A stretch of DNA of 64,000 nt. Origin: Basidiobolus meristosporus CBS 931.73 (taxonomy: Eukaryota; Fungi; Basidiobolomycota). This document shows, piece by piece, positions 61,814 to 64,000 of this stretch (positions within the stretch are counted from its first letter, which is position 1; the number at the start of each line of letters is the position of its first letter). Made by a program: the position numbers and the translations under genes. The notes beneath the pieces were generated by a model, which did not search any database, was not told where the DNA came from, and worked only from the letters and a program-made list of their open reading frames with translations. Location: the NCBI GenBank assembly GCA_002104905.1, contig MCFE01000284.1:39220-103219 (forward strand), in the 5' to 3' direction.

Positions 61814-63807
61814 GGGGGGAGACAGTCACCAACAGGTGAAATCTTTATTTCAGTTGAAACAAAGAAGCCAGCGCTACTGTTGTAGCTTTGATACAAGAGT
61901 GTGTAGCTGAGGGGAATTAGTAGGTAAGTTAATAAGAAGTGATGATAGTTCTTCAGTGCTCAAGACACTGTTCAGTGGGAAGGGGGGTAGCAAGAGAGGT
62001 AAGAATGACTTGTGAACAACATTAATGAGGGGAATGTGATAAGGATTGATATTCATCATAAAGGGAGTGTGCTGCTGCAGATATTGCTGCCAAAGGTCTG
62101 TCAAGTACTTCAGGTAGGCCAGCTTGGGTTTTTCTGACTGCAGAATAAATTCAGCAAACTTCTTGACTTCAGGATCTCCAAGTATGGTTCTCCAGCAGGA
62201 GCCAGGTGTTGTGTGGTGTGTTCTCTTCCAGGCCTTAATCAGTGGGTTGTTGCAGTTGTGAAGTCTGAGGTATAATCTGGTTCTTAGGTAGAGAAGTCTG
62301 ATCTTATAGGGCATAAACCCAAAAGCACCAAGAATAGCATGTCTGTAGGGGCATTCAGGCAAATGAGGCACCAAGGAGGTAATGCACCATACTGCAAACT
62401 TGTCAAGCTTAGTGCAGTCTCTAGAAGTAAGAGAGAGAAGTGGTAAGCCAAATTCCAGGACAGGGAAGACAAACTGCTTGAGTAGAAGGAGGCAGCTGGG
62501 AGCTGAAGTTGTAGGAGGAGTAACAGCCAGTAGCTTGTGGAGTGCCTGTCTTGCTAGGATAATTCTCTTCTTCATGTGTGCTCCAGAGTCTAGTCCAGTA
62601 GGAAGGAAAGGAAAGCCAAGATATGTAGCAGAAACCTGAGCAGGTAGAGTGGAGTTCTCCAAGTTGATGGGAGTGCCCAAAGGTACTGTCTTTGCAATGG
62701 AAAGCTGGAGATTATTCTTCTGCAGATACTGGTGGATGGTCTGGGAGTCTTGTTGCACATTGGAGGAGGATATTCTGATGTCATCAGCAAAGAGAGTAAC
62801 CAGGCAGTCAGCTGAGAGTCTTGGGAAATCATTCAGGAAGATGGCAAACAGTATAGGACCAAGCACAGAGCCTTGAACGACTCCATTAGGAACTGAGAAC
62901 ACTGGTGATTGCTCACTTGGGTGCAGAATTCTTGCTTGTGGATCCAGAAACAGAGACCTGACAAGGAGGGTGAGAGAGGTACTGGAGAAGCATTGCAACT
63001 TGGACCAAAGCAGATTTCTGTCAACTGAATCAAAGGCCTTAGTAATATCAAACAGAACAGAGGGATACTTGCACTGGAGAGAGTGATCTTGGCTAAGTAT
63101 GACTGCATATTCCAAGGAGAGGCCAGGAACAAAGCCAAACTGTGCAGGATGAAACTTGAGGGAGTCAGAGTAGAGCTCCTGAGCAAGCAGAAGCTCAAAC
63201 ACCTTTCTGCAGGTGGGCAGCAGAGATATTGGTCTGTAGGAGCTAGGATCCAGGTGCTTTCCTTTACCCTTGTACAGTGGCAGAACATTTGCAAAGGACC
63301 ATTCCTCAGGAGTAGAAAGCTGGGCTGAGCATTGCTGAAACAGTGGAAGCAGAAGTGCAGACATGGCCTTGGTACTAGTCTTCAGAAGCTCATAGGAGAT
63401 TGTGTCCACACCTGGAGCAGTAGAGTTGGGAAGCCTCTTGAGCACATTATGGATTCTCCCTTGATCAAGTGCAAGTGGGATGGGCAGAGTCTTGAAGTCA
63501 GGATGAAAGCCAGGAGTTGAGTACTGCTTTGTAGAGAAGAAGATGTTAGCCAGCTGTTCTGTTGAAGGTAACTTCCTGGAAGAGGGCCTCATTGCCCTGT
63601 AGAGTCTTGATACTGTTCTTGTTATAGAGTTGGAAGATTGCAGAGGCAAGGAACTCATAATATGATCCCAGAGCTGAGTATGCAGAGTGTGGTGAATTGC
63701 CTTGGAGTGGTGTATTGCTGTCAGGAGGAGTTTCTCTGTTTTTGGGTTAGGGAAACTCAGGTAGCTTTGTTGCAGGGCTGAAACAATGGATTCCCATTTT
63801 CTTGAGG
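61814..63807 (-). mobile_element. Terminal 5'-truncated LINE copy (open RT frame 61874 to about 63806, no APE or ORF1)
   Basis: Near-identical to 53270-55263; frame open; capped directly by telomeric repeats. Confidence 0.94.
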
Positions 63808-64000
63808 GTTAGGGTAGGGTTAGGGTTAGGGTTAGGGTTAGGGTTAGGGTTAGGGTTAGGGTTAGGGTTAGGGTTAGGGTTAGGGTTAGGGTTAGGGTTA
63901 GGGTTAGGGTTAGGGTTAGGGTTAGGGTTAGGGTTAGGGTTAGGGTTAGGGTTAGGGTTAGGGTTAGGGTTAGGGTTAGGGTTAGGGTTAGGGTTAGGGT
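63808..64000 (+). repeat. Telomere (TTAGGG)n, about 32 units
   Basis: Uninterrupted TTAGGG to the window end, with one TAGGG variant at 63815-63819. Confidence 0.98.

Noticed and set aside
57839-61870. CRISPR-like array from the recurring hairpin motif
   Set aside because: Spacing is irregular (45 bp to 4.5 kb), the intervening DNA is coding or repeated, the context is eukaryotic and there are no cas genes.

Overview
This is the right-hand end of a fungal chromosome, probably from an early-diverging lineage (inference from gene content, short GT-AG introns and TTAGGG repeats). It has four zones. (1) 1-11.8 kb is a CpG-depleted nest of decayed Ty1/copia elements with verifiable LTRs and TSDs, plus a 734-bp foldback MITE. 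(2) 15.4-41.7 kb is an ordinary gene block: alanine aminotransferase, NOP58, a PAS-PAS protein, RPS5/RPS29, an ATF2/Atf1-type bZIP, QCR6, RNF10/MAG2, a PMP3-like gene, RACK1, a TMEM128-like gene and a divergent pair of 4-TM paralogues. (3) 42.8-52.3 kb holds TE relics around one small secreted-protein gene. (4) 52.3-64 kb is a head-to-tail array of telomere-associated retro-modules ending in about 32 TTAGGG repeats, and is the main finding. One autonomous APE-RT LINE sits there, with ORF1 and ORF2 in frame across a single TGA-CTA stop and no CpG seen in about 4.3 kb of coding sequence. It is accompanied by two different ORF1-only elements, a tRNA-headed SINE-like RNA (2 copies) and truncated copies. 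All point away from the telomere, are joined by 0-2 TTAGGG units plus a variable G-run, and end in the same covarying double stem-loop. This looks like a multipartite, HeT-A/TAHRE-like telomeric retroelement community coexisting with telomerase-type repeats. All coordinates and counts were read by eye; no searches were run.
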